From Cyanidioschyzon merolae (lineage: Eukaryota): a stretch of 64,000 nucleotides of DNA. A program made the position numbers and the translations under genes. Under the pieces are notes generated by a model. That model saw nothing but the letters and a program-made list of their open reading frames with translations, did no database searches and was not told the origin of the DNA. The stretch's first letter is position 1; each line of letters starts with the position of its first letter. Positions 51,460 to 63,422 of this stretch are shown here, in pieces. The stretch lies in NCBI GenBank assembly GCA_000091205.1, contig AP006495.2; one strand, 5' to 3'.

Positions 51460-54400
51460 CGGCACTCGATAACGACACCTGCGGCAAATGCACCCGAGAC
51501 CTCTAGCATGCGCCTGGGAGGCGTATTTGGCCACTTGTTTCGTAGAAGATGGAGACTGAAAATCTAATTGGAGATTCATCGAACAGGGATGGAAGCAAGT
51601 GTAGGCGTTTCGAGGACGCTAGCCTGTTGCGCACATCGATAGCGGTGGCACGAATGAGCGCTGCTCGGAAAGATGCTGCACGAGGCCTGCGTACTCCATG
51701 AGAATATGCATGTAGTAGTTTACATCGGAACCGTTTGGTTTGCTCCATGCCAGAGCTGCTTCTTGAAACAAACTGCATAGTCTAAGGCATGTATAACCGC
51801 TCCAAATGAAACTAGTGCATGATGTCTGGTATGCAAACGCCATTTTCTGCACATCTAACGGAAGCAACGGTGGAGGAATTGTTGGCAAGTTTCGCGCCTG
51901 TGAAGCTAAGCACGACGTGGCGGTCGGATACCTGTGAAAGTTGCGGGTTGCGCATCGTGACAATCGGCAATGCCAGCCGTTTCTACGGGCCAGTCGCATG
52001 TTCTCACTGGCTTCAGCGCTGCTGCAGTCAATGGGCGAACACGAGTCGACGACAACCATATCTGAGCAACGTGGACGCCGCCGCACAAGCTGAGTGCCAT
52101 GTCTTCTCGATTCTGGGCTCAACGGAGCGAACACGTTCCGCGACCATTACGTAAATGAATACCGACGTACAGACGCCTCCTGGCCTGTTTTGACCGGCTG
52201 ACTGCTATCGGTTTCAGTTTATACAGGCACACTTCGAGTCGGAGAGGCAACGCCGCAAAGTCGGCTTGCGTCAGCTCCGCGAGTTCCGTCTTCAGCACCA
52301 CATATCGTCTGCTATAGATGGCGGCGTTAAAGTCTCGGTTCACGAACTCCGTGCGTCAATTGTCGCTAGTTGAACTCACCAATGAAAGGATTCCTCGAAT
52401 TTGTGCCTCCTGTGCAACTACAGTTTCGTCGCGGTCCCGTAGGGCAAACGCTTTTTCTGGCCTGCCTCCCCTCGTCTTCTTCGTCACTCGCTCTTCATCG
52501 CTCCATGATTGGCGAAAAGGATATGTTTTTGATTTTTCTCCGGCAGCCGGCGGCACCGGCCCTCGAGGATCCCCGGATTCCGTGTCCATACCTTTTCCTT
52601 GGATTTTTTAAAATTGAAAATGAACGCACTTGTTTATGCCGTTAGTTAAGAACCCCCCAGCGTGGACAAGAACTTGCAGATGAAAGCGGTCATGTGCCCC
52701 GGTGTATCATCGTGTGCCGAACGCTTCAGCGATTCGCCCAGAGCAGTGATCATTCGTTTCAGGATAGAAAGCGCTCGTTCCATGGTGATGAATCCTGATG
52801 GCTATGGAGATACGATAAAAAGATCTATCCCGATAGGATCCGCAAAAGCTCGAATGCAAGGGGAATGGTGAAATACCGCGTTATCCAGTAGAGGGACGTC
52901 GCCAAGCGTCATGGAAAAGTCTTCAATGATTCGGCAGAGTGGTTGGTACTGTTGAATGAACCTCATGTAGGTGCAAAACTGAGGCCCCCAAATCAATCCA
53001 CTCCATCTAGAACAGATGATCTAGTCGTCCTCTTCGAGTTTGATCGTACATGCAACGGGCGCCCTGCACCGAGAATATCCACATACGCTCGGACCGTATC
53101 ATCCGAAGCACGTCTCATCGACTGAAAAAACAAACCAAAGTCCTTGTGCTTCGTGTTGATCGCTGAGTCCCAGGAACGCTGTCGTTCCGATTTCCGTGGA
53201 AGATGGCGTGCGCGAACTAGAACTTTAGCGACTGTATCGCAGCGGCTTCAGGATTCCACGAAAAAGCTGTTGAGAAACAGAGACGCCCATGCAGACTACC
53301 ATCTTCACCTTTGCCTCCCGTACAGTGTGATCAACGGGTCATTTTCTACCATTGAACGCAAACTGTCATTGAGAATACCGTGTTTTTGGTACAAAGCGCG
53401 CATACTTGTCTCTTTTAGGGCTCCTCAACCATTAGAGAACTCTGATATGACTGACATGCAAGAGGAATGCGGTCCTCCTTGCACCGTTCAGTAAAGAATT
53501 GATCCCACAGGCAATTCCTCTACGATCTATAAAATACATTGCATCGTGATCTCGATCTCATGCTTTATAATGCGAAAAAGCAATCGATTCCACGCTGCGG
53601 GAGTGGAACGGAATTGAGTTGAACGACTGCAATACATGCCATGCGATGTAAACCTGAAAGAGAAAACATCGCCTGTCTATGGTATATATAGAAGAACACA
53701 TATCCCAAGATATTTACAGGGAGCATGAAGCTTGGCAAGTCAAACACGAGCGCGCAGTCGCTACAGGCAGAGCGGACACGCGCACACATGCACCCGTCCG
53801 CCAGACGTGAGCTGTAGTTGCCGTCCCAGACGCTCTCTGGCCGCCTCTTACACGCACCTACAGTCTTGTTCGCTGCAAGGGAACTAGACGCGCTGCCAGC
53901 ACTACCGTAGAAGGCAGGATTCACCACCGCTTCACTTGGATGATGCGACGAAACGTCTCCACCGCGCGCCGTCACGCTTACGCAAGCTCCTGCTCAGCTG
54001 ACCCGGTTTCCTTGGTTCCGCCGGACGACCTCTTTCAGGCCTTCACGAAAGTCCTGCATCCACCTTGACCAGTGTACCGTTCTTTCTCGAACGCGCTCTA
54101 GGAGCTCCGTCGAAGTCTCCGCCCGGAGCGGCAGTGAGCGCGAACGTTCCGCCAGCTCTCGAAACGTGGTATGCGTCCGCAGCGCAAACCGCTGGAACAG
54201 CGCGCTATTTGCAAGGCCTTTGACCACGACTTCGTTCGCTAGCCAGTGGGCAATCCGTGCAATGATATCACCGCGCATCTGGCCCAGTGCTTTCCCTTCT
54301 GGTCAGTACGAGTCGTTTTTCGAACGGGACGCAGCACAGTACTGCACAACGCCAAGCATGCCACGCGTGTCGATTCGCTTCGGTGCGCGCACCATCGCAC

Positions 54401-57400
54401 ACGCAGCTGTCGCCGGAGCTGTCCGTCGCGTGGCGCGCTACAATGAGCGCAGTGTGGCGGTAACGACTGCGTCGCAGGGAGCACCCTCCTCAAGGGGCCA
54501 CGGCACTGCTGCGTTCGCTGACTCTGCCCATGATTGCCAGCGGGATGACTCGTTTCGGGGTCAGCAGAGGCTGCAGGTATCCGGAGTTGACTGGTGGTCG
54601 CTTTTCTGGTCTTTGGGGAGCGATTGCGTATCCCGAGGGGATTTTGTTTGGAGATGTCGATCTGACGTTGGAAAAAGTAAAGTTTTCATTTTAGACTCGG
54701 TATCACGACTATCACTGGACTAATGAAGCGCCATTTGGAAGAAAAGCATCATCTTGGGAATCGTACGACGTGATAGCGGCTCCTGGGCGCGTTGCGATGT
54801 GTTTTCTGGTCACTGGTGGCGCTGGCGCTTTCGATTCGTTTTGGGAAGGTTTTCTGAAACTGGACAAAAAGGACAGAATACTTGCTAGAACGAATACGTG
54901 TCTACGCGCGACTGGAAGACTGATCCGGAGCTTTTCGAACCTTGTTGTGTCTACACGGGTGCACGAGTCGCTTTCCTGGTTGCCGGCAATATTTCGTACC
55001 CAGGTCAGTCTGGGTCGATCCACCAGCGATGCACTTGTGCGATTGCGAGCGCTGTTGCCGGCGATAGGGGATCCGACTCGCGGCACAGGGCGCTCGGTCG
55101 GATATCCTAGATTCCTGAAAAAAAATCGTCAAAGTAAGAAAGGATGCATCCGGCAGGCGTTGCGCGCCACGTGGCATACATGCGGATCGACGAGTTCCGG
55201 ATACTACACGAGACGTACAGCGCCAAGTACGGCGTTCTGAATGGCAAACACGACATCGGGCAGGTGTAGTGATGGTGATCCTGTTGTGGTTGTTGTTGTC
55301 GGCGAAAATGGAGGTGTTACGAATGGTACATGTAATGATAGCGGAACCCTGAAACCGTTACCAGCGGGGTAGCGTCCTTTGCGTCTCGCGGGCCGATAAC
55401 GACATCGAGCTGGTGTGGTGCTGATGATTGCCCATGTTGGTGATGATGTTCATCATGGTTAGGCCCGTAAGCTTCTACCAGCGGTTGGACGTCGTGTGTA
55501 ATTGTCACAGGCAGCGTTCACCATTCCTTGTGGAAAGCGAGCAAGCTCTTTTTAGACTCACCGACGCTGTACCAGGATACGAAACAGCGTGCGGTGCAGG
55601 TGCAGCATAAATCGCGGAAGACGCATCCCGCACGTGACTGGACGCATGCGTGACGGCGGCTGAAAAGGTACAGGAGCTCGGGTTGGAGGAACGCCTCCCT
55701 CGCACACTCATAGAACATCGTGCAACTGGCCGTGTTCATTATAAGAATTGCGTGCACTGCAGTGCAAATGCGAGCGACGTTGTTTGCAGTGTCAAGTGCA
55801 GATGCCGACGCTGCCGTCTTTTAGGGCACAAGCTCGATGAGTCGTACGAGGTGTCAGGAGCTGTGCCATTACTGCCTTCAACAAGGTTGACCCTGGGATG
55901 CGCCCAATTGGAGGACGCTGCTGTCGACCTGGATTCCACACGCGTGTCGGAAGAGAATGGAACGCGTGCACTTTGCTCATTCAGATGTAGCAACCAGAAT
56001 CTGGCTGGCGTCCGACCGTCATCGAAACCAGCCATCATGCGTCCTTCCCGCAGCTTCTTCTTTTTCCTTTCGTTGATCACCGGCATTAAATATACCGGTC
56101 ACGCTTGTCCTTCCATCACCGCTGTCGACAGTTTACGAATTTGATAGCAACATCAAAGTTCTGGTTTAGCCGCTTACGGCTGTTTTCTATGCGTTTGATC
56201 GGCAGGCGGCACTCGCAATCGACACTTCGCATGCCAGTGTCATCTGCTTTGCACAAGGCCAAGGAATACCCTTTTTTAGCCGAGACACTTGTTTGTGACC
56301 AGATGTTACCACGTATCCACCAGATTCCTCCTATGAGATCAGAACCGTGGATTCATGGCCGGCTGCATGCCCTGGACGGGTGCAGAGGACTCCCCTCGAT
56401 GACCTTTTCTGTCCCCACATTCATCGCCATACCCGAAGATCACCGGCTCCTTCAGAGCGGTGCCCTCGACGAGTATTCTGTCTGCTGCGTACGCAAGCGT
56501 ATGCGGTTCCTTTCGACAGAGGGTCTGTGGAACGCGATCTTTTGCATGATGAAGCAGGTACCAGGAGCGGAATCGAGGCTGGATGACAAGTCGAGAAATT
56601 TTGGATCCGTCAACGCTCGCTTCGGGCACAACGGTGAAGCGCGCCTCACCAGAAAATTGATCCCTGCAATGGCTCGAGTCCGAGTCTGGGACCTGTTTCT
56701 GTGAAAGCAGAAGAGACGGTAGCCTATGCGAGCATATCCTGAGAGTGCTCGCTCACTGCCGCTGTTGAACGTCGGATCTTCGATTCTCACAGAGAAAGGA
56801 TTATTTGACTTGCGAAAGGATTCTGTTGTATGAGATGGAGCGTGCAGTGAACTTTGGACATGAGCCTGTGATCAAGTGATCAAGGAACGACGTCGTTTTA
56901 TTGTCCTCGTTCATCCAATCCTGCGAATGGCTGCGCGTGTACGAGTTGCCTCGAAACAACAGTATCGAAAACACAAAGCGTGTGTGATTTGTGCACGCCA
57001 CACGTTGGAAAAACCGCTTGGGGCTCTGACGTTTCAGTAAGATCATGATATCGTTTATTTTCCAAACCCTGATTCCAATGCCGTAACGCATTCCAGATGC
57101 AACGCGTCGTAGAAACCACCCAGAAAAGGCAAGCGAACACCATAAACGACGTGTGAATCCGTACACCCATTTGCTGCACTAGGAATACCGAAGCTGTTCG
57201 TCTACAACGAGTTCGAGGAAAATTCGAAAAACGCGAACAGAGCGAGGAGTCTAGTGTTGTGTTTTATCTGTCAGGCGTAGAGCATTAGTGTCTCCAGCGA
57301 GCCGCAGCGATCCAGAGCGCAGACTAGGCTATAGCGGGTCGCCTCAAAGGTTTTTGATGACAACGAGGACAATGCTTTGTGTGCCCGAGCGCCCAACATG

Positions 57401-57747
57401 ACTCGCCATTCCGAACCGGGATCCCATTCTACCCCAGCCAAAAACATCGTGTCGTCGGGCGCGGTCCCGTAGTGTCGCATTGGCGAGAGCGGGTGACTCG
57501 ACTTACGAGTCCGCCAGTTTGCCATTGTGCAGCAAGTGCATACTGAGGTTCAGCGACGCAACTTTTCCGGTGACGCTTGCCTCCACTGATGTCATTGCCG
57601 CAGTGACCGCTGCCTTCAGGGTTCTCGACGCAGTCGCGATGTCGACGGTCCGCTGTGCACCCAGTGCACCCTGACTCTCACCGTCCTGTCTGCGAGTTCG
57701 GGCTCCAATACCCATCGACGGGTTTGTAGCAGCAGCAGCAGCATAGG

Positions 57748-60700
57748 TCAATAAGTAGATATACCGTTCGGTGTGGAAGGCGACAGCGGCCGCTCCGGTA
57801 CCACACCCAGCGTACGTTTCCAGTTGGCAATGGTCTCGTCCAGTTCTTTCACCGCGCGCTGAAGCGCTGTCACCAAACGATATTCCCCACAGATTAGGAG
57901 GCACTCTGCGATTTCCTGGACAGTCTCCCGGAGAGCTGGTGTTGGCTCCAGCCGCCGCAGATATTCGACCAAGAACAATTCTTCGTGGGGATCACCCGGT
58001 TTGATTTTCCGTTTGGTTTTCTTGCGGGTCTTGGCGGTTGCTTTGCCTGCGGCAGACCGCTCAGAGGCCGCCATACCCGAATGTATGTTGCTGCTATTGC
58101 TGCTGCTGCTGCTGCTGCTTTTGCTCCGAGCTGAATGCGTGCCAAAAGTGAATGTCGACATGCTCGCAATCTCCGAAGCGATCGCATCGACTTCGCTGTC
58201 CGTATCAGCACCCGTTACCACGTTCGGATTCTTGAAATCGCCTGTGGAACGCAACTGTAGCTGTTGACGGTGTTCGCGGACTAGCTGCAAACGCACAGCT
58301 CGCTCGTGGTATTTCGCAGCACTCGTGCGTATTTCGGTCGTACGCTCTTCCGCAGCGCTTATCACCGCCGGACGGAGTCGTTCTCGCAGCCAGTCGCCCC
58401 GGCCTTGGGTTGTGAGTAGGCGCAACGCAGCCTGGAAGCGATGAGCATCTAAAAGAAGCTGCAGCGCTTCTTCGGGTTGCGCGAGCGGCGATCCGGCGAG
58501 AATTTGAGCAGCGACCTCCCACTGACACTGATTGCACAATGTCTCCACGAGGCGCCGCAAAAACGATACAAAATCATGCTCATTCCCTATGAGGTGATCC
58601 TTCTGAAGGTATGCGGCGATAGCCAACGGGGCCTGCCCGCCTGCGAGGTAGGCTTCAGCCGCCTGCTCCAGAGCGCCATGCATAGCGTAGAGGTGTGCGG
58701 CTTGGAGATGCGCGCCCTTGTTCTCGAGTCGAGTGGCCCAGCGCAAAGCCAGCTCATGCCACAAGCCTTGCGTCAGAGACTCGTGTTCGATTTTCTCCAC
58801 CTCAATATATGCCTCGTGATGCAGGTCGAACTGTTCCACCAAACGACAAATTTTTTCATCAACCTGCGGACCCAACACCTTTCGAGCTTCCAGCAAGTGA
58901 CCCAGTGCCGCTCGTGGTCGCGTCAGAAACATGTCGATCTCGTAGCGTCGGAGCGCCTCGGGTGTCACTTGCCGCAGCGATTCCAAGAACGGCTCGTGCA
59001 GATTGCGGTCCATGCGCCCTGCGACAGCTATCTTTGCTGCCAAGTCCAAATCGTAGATACCGAGTGCTGCTCGGTATAACTCCTGAATTGGCTTGCGCGC
59101 AATCGTGCTTATGTATCGCAAGGATTCCGCCGAGAATCGCTTGCTTACAAGTTTCAGGGCAGCGTCGATATCCGCCTGTGGCCGCTGCGTAATATATGCC
59201 GTCAAAATAGCCTGGAAAAATCGTTCGGGATCCACGGCATGCATCTGGGCAACGAAGCCGGCAACCAGGTGCCGATAGACGTCCTCCTTTTCATTCAGAG
59301 ACACAATGAGCTGCGTCAGGATCTCCGCAACATGTGCCTCGCTCCATGCATTCAGGATCTGTTGCAGAAACCAGTCCGTATCATCTGCCAATCGCTTCGG
59401 GCCGTAAGCCTCTACAACGAATCGCGGCTCTATGCAGTGTTTGCGAGCGAGCTGCAGCAGAGCGATCATGTCCGGCTTCTGGTTTGCGTCCAGCGCGCTA
59501 CGCAGCACCCGACGGATCTTCCGCTCCACACATATCTTCGGGGTGATCGTCTCCAGATTGCCGCGTGGTGCTTCGATCACGAGCCGCAAGGCGTCTCCGA
59601 GTGCCGCAACCAGGATCGCTCCTCGATCCACAACACGCTCGGACTCGGTGCGGTATCGCCGTTCGGCAGCAGCGTCAAGTTCGATACCCAGCTCGTGATA
59701 GCGAAGCGAGCCGGACGGTGTCGTCCAGAATATCAGATTCTCTGAAGACACCACCGCAACAGACAAACAATCAGTGCTGATCGTCCGTGCTGGCTCAGTG
59801 GAAGACTCGTTGCTCGGTTGCCACTGGAGCAGCCGCGACCGCCTCCGGTACAGCAGCCGGCCTCCAGCAAGCGAAATCGATCGAATCGGATGAATCATGA
59901 ACATACCGAGTTCAGGATTCCACACGAGCTCGTCCCTCGCGGGTACCTGCTTCGCGGCGGCATCCGCAACGGCGGGTATCGGAGCCTGCACCGCGACCAA
60001 TGCGCCATCCCTGCGGAGCCAGTACCACCGGCCCAAACTGCTGATGGCGAAAAGACTGTCCTTTTCCCAGAGTACGTATTGAATCGTGTCGTCCGCCTCG
60101 TTCGCAGGGATGCATGCATCGAACGCATAAAGAGGTGGCGGTAGCACACAGCGCCGTAGAGGCGTCAGTAGCACACGATGACCATCGATGACTGCGAGGG
60201 TGTCGTCGCGCTCAGCGTTCAACGAAATGGTCCACTGCAGCCTGTACAAGCGAAGCATTCGTTCATGCGGGGATGCCCATGTGCCACTGTACACGTAGAG
60301 TAGCAGTGGATCCGTAAAATCAAACGCCATCCATACATGGTCGTTGTCGGCGAAATCCGAGGACCCCAGCTCCAACCTATATTTGAGGTACCAATGATAG
60401 TTCCGGAAGCTGTACAGATCAATGCGTTTCCGGGAGCACGAGTCTGGTGCGTCGGTAGCCAAGTTCGTATATCCAATGGCGAGCAGCATGTCGTTGGCAT
60501 TCCAGCTGAGGCCCCAGATGCGGCGCTTGCTCGTCAGCTTACGGTGCATGTCCATACGGGTATGGCGCAAACCGTTCCTTTCGAAGAAGACCACGTCGCC
60601 ATCTCGCGTTGCGACTGTGAGCATGCCACCCGGCCTTTGCTCCCAACAGAGCACCAAGTCGAGTGCCGGCGGCGTCCGTTGTGCATCGGTAGGTTTCGCA

Positions 60701-61347
60701 ACCAGGGGCTCGGTATGTGCTGTGGCCTCTCGTCGGAGTGATGGGGAGCGAAAGATATCCACATGAACTCTCTGATCTTGTCCAGGATAACTAACTGCGA
60801 ACAAGTTGCCATCAGATCGCCATGCAACTCGGATGATGTGCGAATCCTCCGCCGTCGGCCACGACAAACCAGGCGATAGAGGTTCAGACAGCGTGCCCCG
60901 CTCTATGACATTCAATTCTGCGTCCATAAGAAGCAGCTCTCCTCGCGTGGAGACCAGCACAACGACGTCCTGGGAAGGTGACGCCTCAACGGCGAGGAGG
61001 CCTTCGGGTACGAGCCCGACCGGCTCGTTCTCGGCGATCAGGTGCCCTGAAGTCAGCGCCGCGACGAACTGGGCCAGAGCGGTGCTCCAGAAAATACCCA
61101 ATAATGACGCGTTCTGCACATCAGTACTCAGAGGGAGATCTCGTGAAGATCTCGTGCCCGACAGTACGTGGAGCTCGCAGAGCGCAACACGCAGTCGCTC
61201 AGCGTCAAGTACCGCAGCAGTCACGCAGGGCTCGGAGGCTCGTCGCAACAGTCGCCAACACTGGTTCTGGTGCTTACCTCGTGCAGAGCATTGAATCGAG
61301 TCTCGCAACTCTATGAGATCGACCTCCTCCACGCCAAGGTTCTCCAT
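57748..61347 (-). CDS. ELP1: Elongator complex protein 1 (ELP1/IKI3/IKAP)
   Basis: WD40-like N-terminal half with ELP1-specific stretches: IIRVAWRSDGNLFAVSY (cf. VTWRGDGQFFAVSV), VVFFERNGLRH (cf. IVFFEKNGLLHG) and SFRNYHWYLKYRL (cf. TVGNYHWYLKQSL). The C-terminal half is alpha-solenoid. A basic patch and EELFLVEYLRRL near the C-terminus mirror the yeast YEEEYLVQSVGRLIERL. It contains a poly-Ser tract from a (GCT)n repeat. Confidence 0.85.
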   Translation of the reverse strand: MENLGVEEVDLIELRDSIQCSARGKHQNQCWRLLRRASEPCVTAAVLDAERLRVALCELHVLSGTRSSRDLPLSTDVQNASLLGIFWSTALAQFVAALTSGHLIAENEPVGLVPEGLLAVEASPSQDVVVLVSTRGELLLMDAELNVIERGTLSEPLSPGLSWPTAEDSHIIRVAWRSDGNLFAVSYPGQDQRVHVDIFRSPSLRREATAHTEPLVAKPTDAQRTPPALDLVLCWEQRPGGMLTVATRDGDVVFFERNGLRHTRMDMHRKLTSKRRIWGLSWNANDMLLAIGYTNLATDAPDSCSRKRIDLYSFRNYHWYLKYRLELGSSDFADNDHVWMAFDFTDPLLLYVYSGTWASPHERMLRLYRLQWTISLNAERDDTLAVIDGHRVLLTPLRRCVLPPPLYAFDACIPANEADDTIQYVLWEKDSLFAISSLGRWYWLRRDGALVAVQAPIPAVADAAAKQVPARDELVWNPELGMFMIHPIRSISLAGGRLLYRRRSRLLQWQPSNESSTEPARTISTDCLSVAVVSSENLIFWTTPSGSLRYHELGIELDAAAERRYRTESERVVDRGAILVAALGDALRLVIEAPRGNLETITPKICVERKIRRVLRSALDANQKPDMIALLQLARKHCIEPRFVVEAYGPKRLADDTDWFLQQILNAWSEAHVAEILTQLIVSLNEKEDVYRHLVAGFVAQMHAVDPERFFQAILTAYITQRPQADIDAALKLVSKRFSAESLRYISTIARKPIQELYRAALGIYDLDLAAKIAVAGRMDRNLHEPFLESLRQVTPEALRRYEIDMFLTRPRAALGHLLEARKVLGPQVDEKICRLVEQFDLHHEAYIEVEKIEHESLTQGLWHELALRWATRLENKGAHLQAAHLYAMHGALEQAAEAYLAGGQAPLAIAAYLQKDHLIGNEHDFVSFLRRLVETLCNQCQWEVAAQILAGSPLAQPEEALQLLLDAHRFQAALRLLTTQGRGDWLRERLRPAVISAAEERTTEIRTSAAKYHERAVRLQLVREHRQQLQLRSTGDFKNPNVVTGADTDSEVDAIASEIASMSTFTFGTHSARSKSSSSSSSNSSNIHSGMAASERSAAGKATAKTRKKTKRKIKPGDPHEELFLVEYLRRLEPTPALRETVQEIAECLLICGEYRLVTALQRAVKELDETIANWKRTLGVVPERPLSPSTPNGISTY

Positions 61348-61616
61348 TGCCTCGGATGCATTTCAGAACAGCGCAAAAGGGAGCAGAGCGAAGCGTCTGT
61401 GCTTCGACACATGGCCATCATGAAAATGAGACATAAATAATTTTTTTGGTAAAATATTATCCTAGAGGGCCAATCGGCTCGCGTCTTTCCTGGCACGTTG
61501 TCCTCGCTGGCGTTCCGCAGTGCGCTGGCCCGTTTCCATGTGCGGGTGTTTCGTTCGTCGACACCAAACCGGGGGCACTAGCGGACACGGGCGCCCGCTC
61601 AAAAGCTTGCTTCAAT
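61348..61616. promoter_or_regulatory. Putative bidirectional promoter between divergent ELP1 (-) and GCN5 (+)
   Basis: Two confidently called genes start ~270 bp apart, head to head. An A/T tract (aaataatttttttggtaaaatatta) lies at 61436-61460. No motif-level evidence. Confidence 0.3.
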
Positions 61617-62984
61617 ATGCCGAGCAAACGAAAGCAACCGACAGCGAAGCAAACGGTGAAAACCGAACCAGCAGGTAGCTCGCAGGTCTCTGCAAGCTTT
61701 AAGGCTGAGCCCGAGTCGAAGACCCCTCCGCCCGAAGAAGAAGAAGAGGATTTTCGAGTGGAGCCCTCGTGTGAGGTTCCACGTGCGCGGAACCCCATCC
61801 AACCCGACTATCCCGGTGCGTACACCATGTCGTCAGAGGACATCATCGGAACCGACTCCCATCTTGCGTACGTTTCACGCTGGCATCGCATGCGCGAGGA
61901 AGAGCGCCGTGGCTCAGTTTGCTTTCGAGTCGTGACAAACGACGGCTCCCGACCGGCGCTTGTACAGTTACTAGGTCTTAAGAATGTGTTCGTTCGGCAG
62001 CTGCCGAATATGCCGCGACCCTACGTCGTGCGCCTTGTTTTCGATCGGAAGCACGAGTCGCTGATCATGATCAAAAAACTGCCCTCCGGCGAGGAGGTGG
62101 TCATGGGTGGCTGTTGCTACCGTCCGTTCTCCGAGCAGCGTTTTGCTGAGATCGCATTTCTTGCCATCTCCCACAGCGAGCAGGTCCGCGGTTACGGCAC
62201 ACGGCTCATGGCACATACAAAGGAACGCGCAAAGGCGCTCCAACTCACGCATTTGCTCACCTGTGCAGATAACAACGCCGTGGCTTATTTTAAGAAGCAG
62301 GGCTTTAGTAAGATCATAACGCTACCGCCTGAACGTTGGCAAGGCTATATCAAGGACTACGAAGGCATCGTGCTGATGGAGTGCGCTCTGAACTACAAGG
62401 TCGATTACTTGAACATTCCGCCCTTGTTGAAAGCACAAAAACTATGCCTCTTGGAGAAGCTGCGCGAGGTATCCCGCTCGCATATCGTCTACCCAGGGAT
62501 TGATGTGAAAAAGATGAAAGGCATTCGAATCGAGGATATACCCGGGCTGCAGCACGTCGACCTGGATCGAGTACCACCGCCAACCGCAGCCCACGGGACC
62601 CGCTCTGGCGTTAGCAGCGCGAAACCGCTCACGGCTGCTGCAGCAATCGCTCGGGAACGCGACCCAGTGCAGTTAGCGGCACTGCAGAAGGAATTGCAAC
62701 AGGTTTTGAACCAGATCAAATCGCACTCGAGTGCGTGGCCGTTTCTGGAGCCGGTGGATCCCCAGGAAACCGGTGCGTACAACTACTACGAAATCATTAA
62801 GAACCCAATGGATTTGCGTACGATTCAAGAGCGCCTGGACTCTGGCTGGTATTATGTGAATCGCGATATTTTTCTCGCTGACCTGAATCGAATGGTGAAA
62901 AACGCTATTGACTACAATGGGCCTGGTCATTATATCAGCGAATTGGCTCTTTCGCTCAAGCGCTTCTATTCGAGCAAACTTTAA
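61617..62984 (+). CDS. GCN5: Histone acetyltransferase GCN5 (GNAT catalytic domain + C-terminal bromodomain)
   Basis: The HAT core FAEIAFLAISHSEQVRGYGTRLMAHTKE…LLTCADNNAVAYFKKQGF matches the GCN5/PCAF acetyl-CoA-binding motif A (Q/RxxGxG/A). The bromodomain WPFLEPVDPQETGAYNYYEIIKNPMDLRTIQERLDSGWY…NAIDYN matches WPFxxPVD…PDYYxxIKxPMDLxT…Y…N. The start was set at Met58 of ORF 61446.. (MPSKRKQ…). The upstream Cys/Pro-rich part is probably non-coding; alternatively the start is 61446. Confidence 0.85.
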   Translation: MPSKRKQPTAKQTVKTEPAGSSQVSASFKAEPESKTPPPEEEEEDFRVEPSCEVPRARNPIQPDYPGAYTMSSEDIIGTDSHLAYVSRWHRMREEERRGSVCFRVVTNDGSRPALVQLLGLKNVFVRQLPNMPRPYVVRLVFDRKHESLIMIKKLPSGEEVVMGGCCYRPFSEQRFAEIAFLAISHSEQVRGYGTRLMAHTKERAKALQLTHLLTCADNNAVAYFKKQGFSKIITLPPERWQGYIKDYEGIVLMECALNYKVDYLNIPPLLKAQKLCLLEKLREVSRSHIVYPGIDVKKMKGIRIEDIPGLQHVDLDRVPPPTAAHGTRSGVSSAKPLTAAAAIARERDPVQLAALQKELQQVLNQIKSHSSAWPFLEPVDPQETGAYNYYEIIKNPMDLRTIQERLDSGWYYVNRDIFLADLNRMVKNAIDYNGPGHYISELALSLKRFYSSKL

Positions 62985-63401
62985 ACAGTCTGTTCTGCAT
63001 GGCGGTGCGCTGGCGTTCGCTATGGTATGGTTCAGGTCGGAAACGCTGCACAGTTCAGCGCAGAACGTTGATAACGGGTGCTGCACTGGCGGAGGCGCAT
63101 GCCCGATGACATTGGCATGAGCCTTGGTAGCGTGATGCCGCAGGTGCGGTGCAACAGGTTATCAATGTGCAGGTAGGAAACGTGGGAAAACGCGCACCTC
63201 TTTCGAAACGATTGAAACATCGGCAAGTGGACTCCAGTGCATGATACGCGCTCGCAACTGCGTTGGCGACTTTCGATACCCAGCGCAGAATTTCCTCTTT
63301 GATCTGAACGCATCTCTACTGCACCGTAAACGCCTTTCCTTTTGCTGCGCTATCGGTTGCGAGAAACTGGCTACACAAGCGTTCGGCTAGGATCCGTCAT
63401 T

Positions 63402-63422
63402 CACACACACACACACACACAC
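63402..63422. repeat. (CA)10 microsatellite
   Basis: Direct reading: cacacacacacacacacacac. Confidence 0.95.

Noticed and set aside
53994-54278. 94-aa minus-strand ORF (MRGDIIARIAHWLANEVVVKGLANSALFQRFALRTH…) as a small mitochondrial protein gene
   Set aside because: It vaguely resembles small mitochondrial/ribosomal proteins, but no family could be matched with confidence and it overlaps a plus-strand ORF. Left unannotated.
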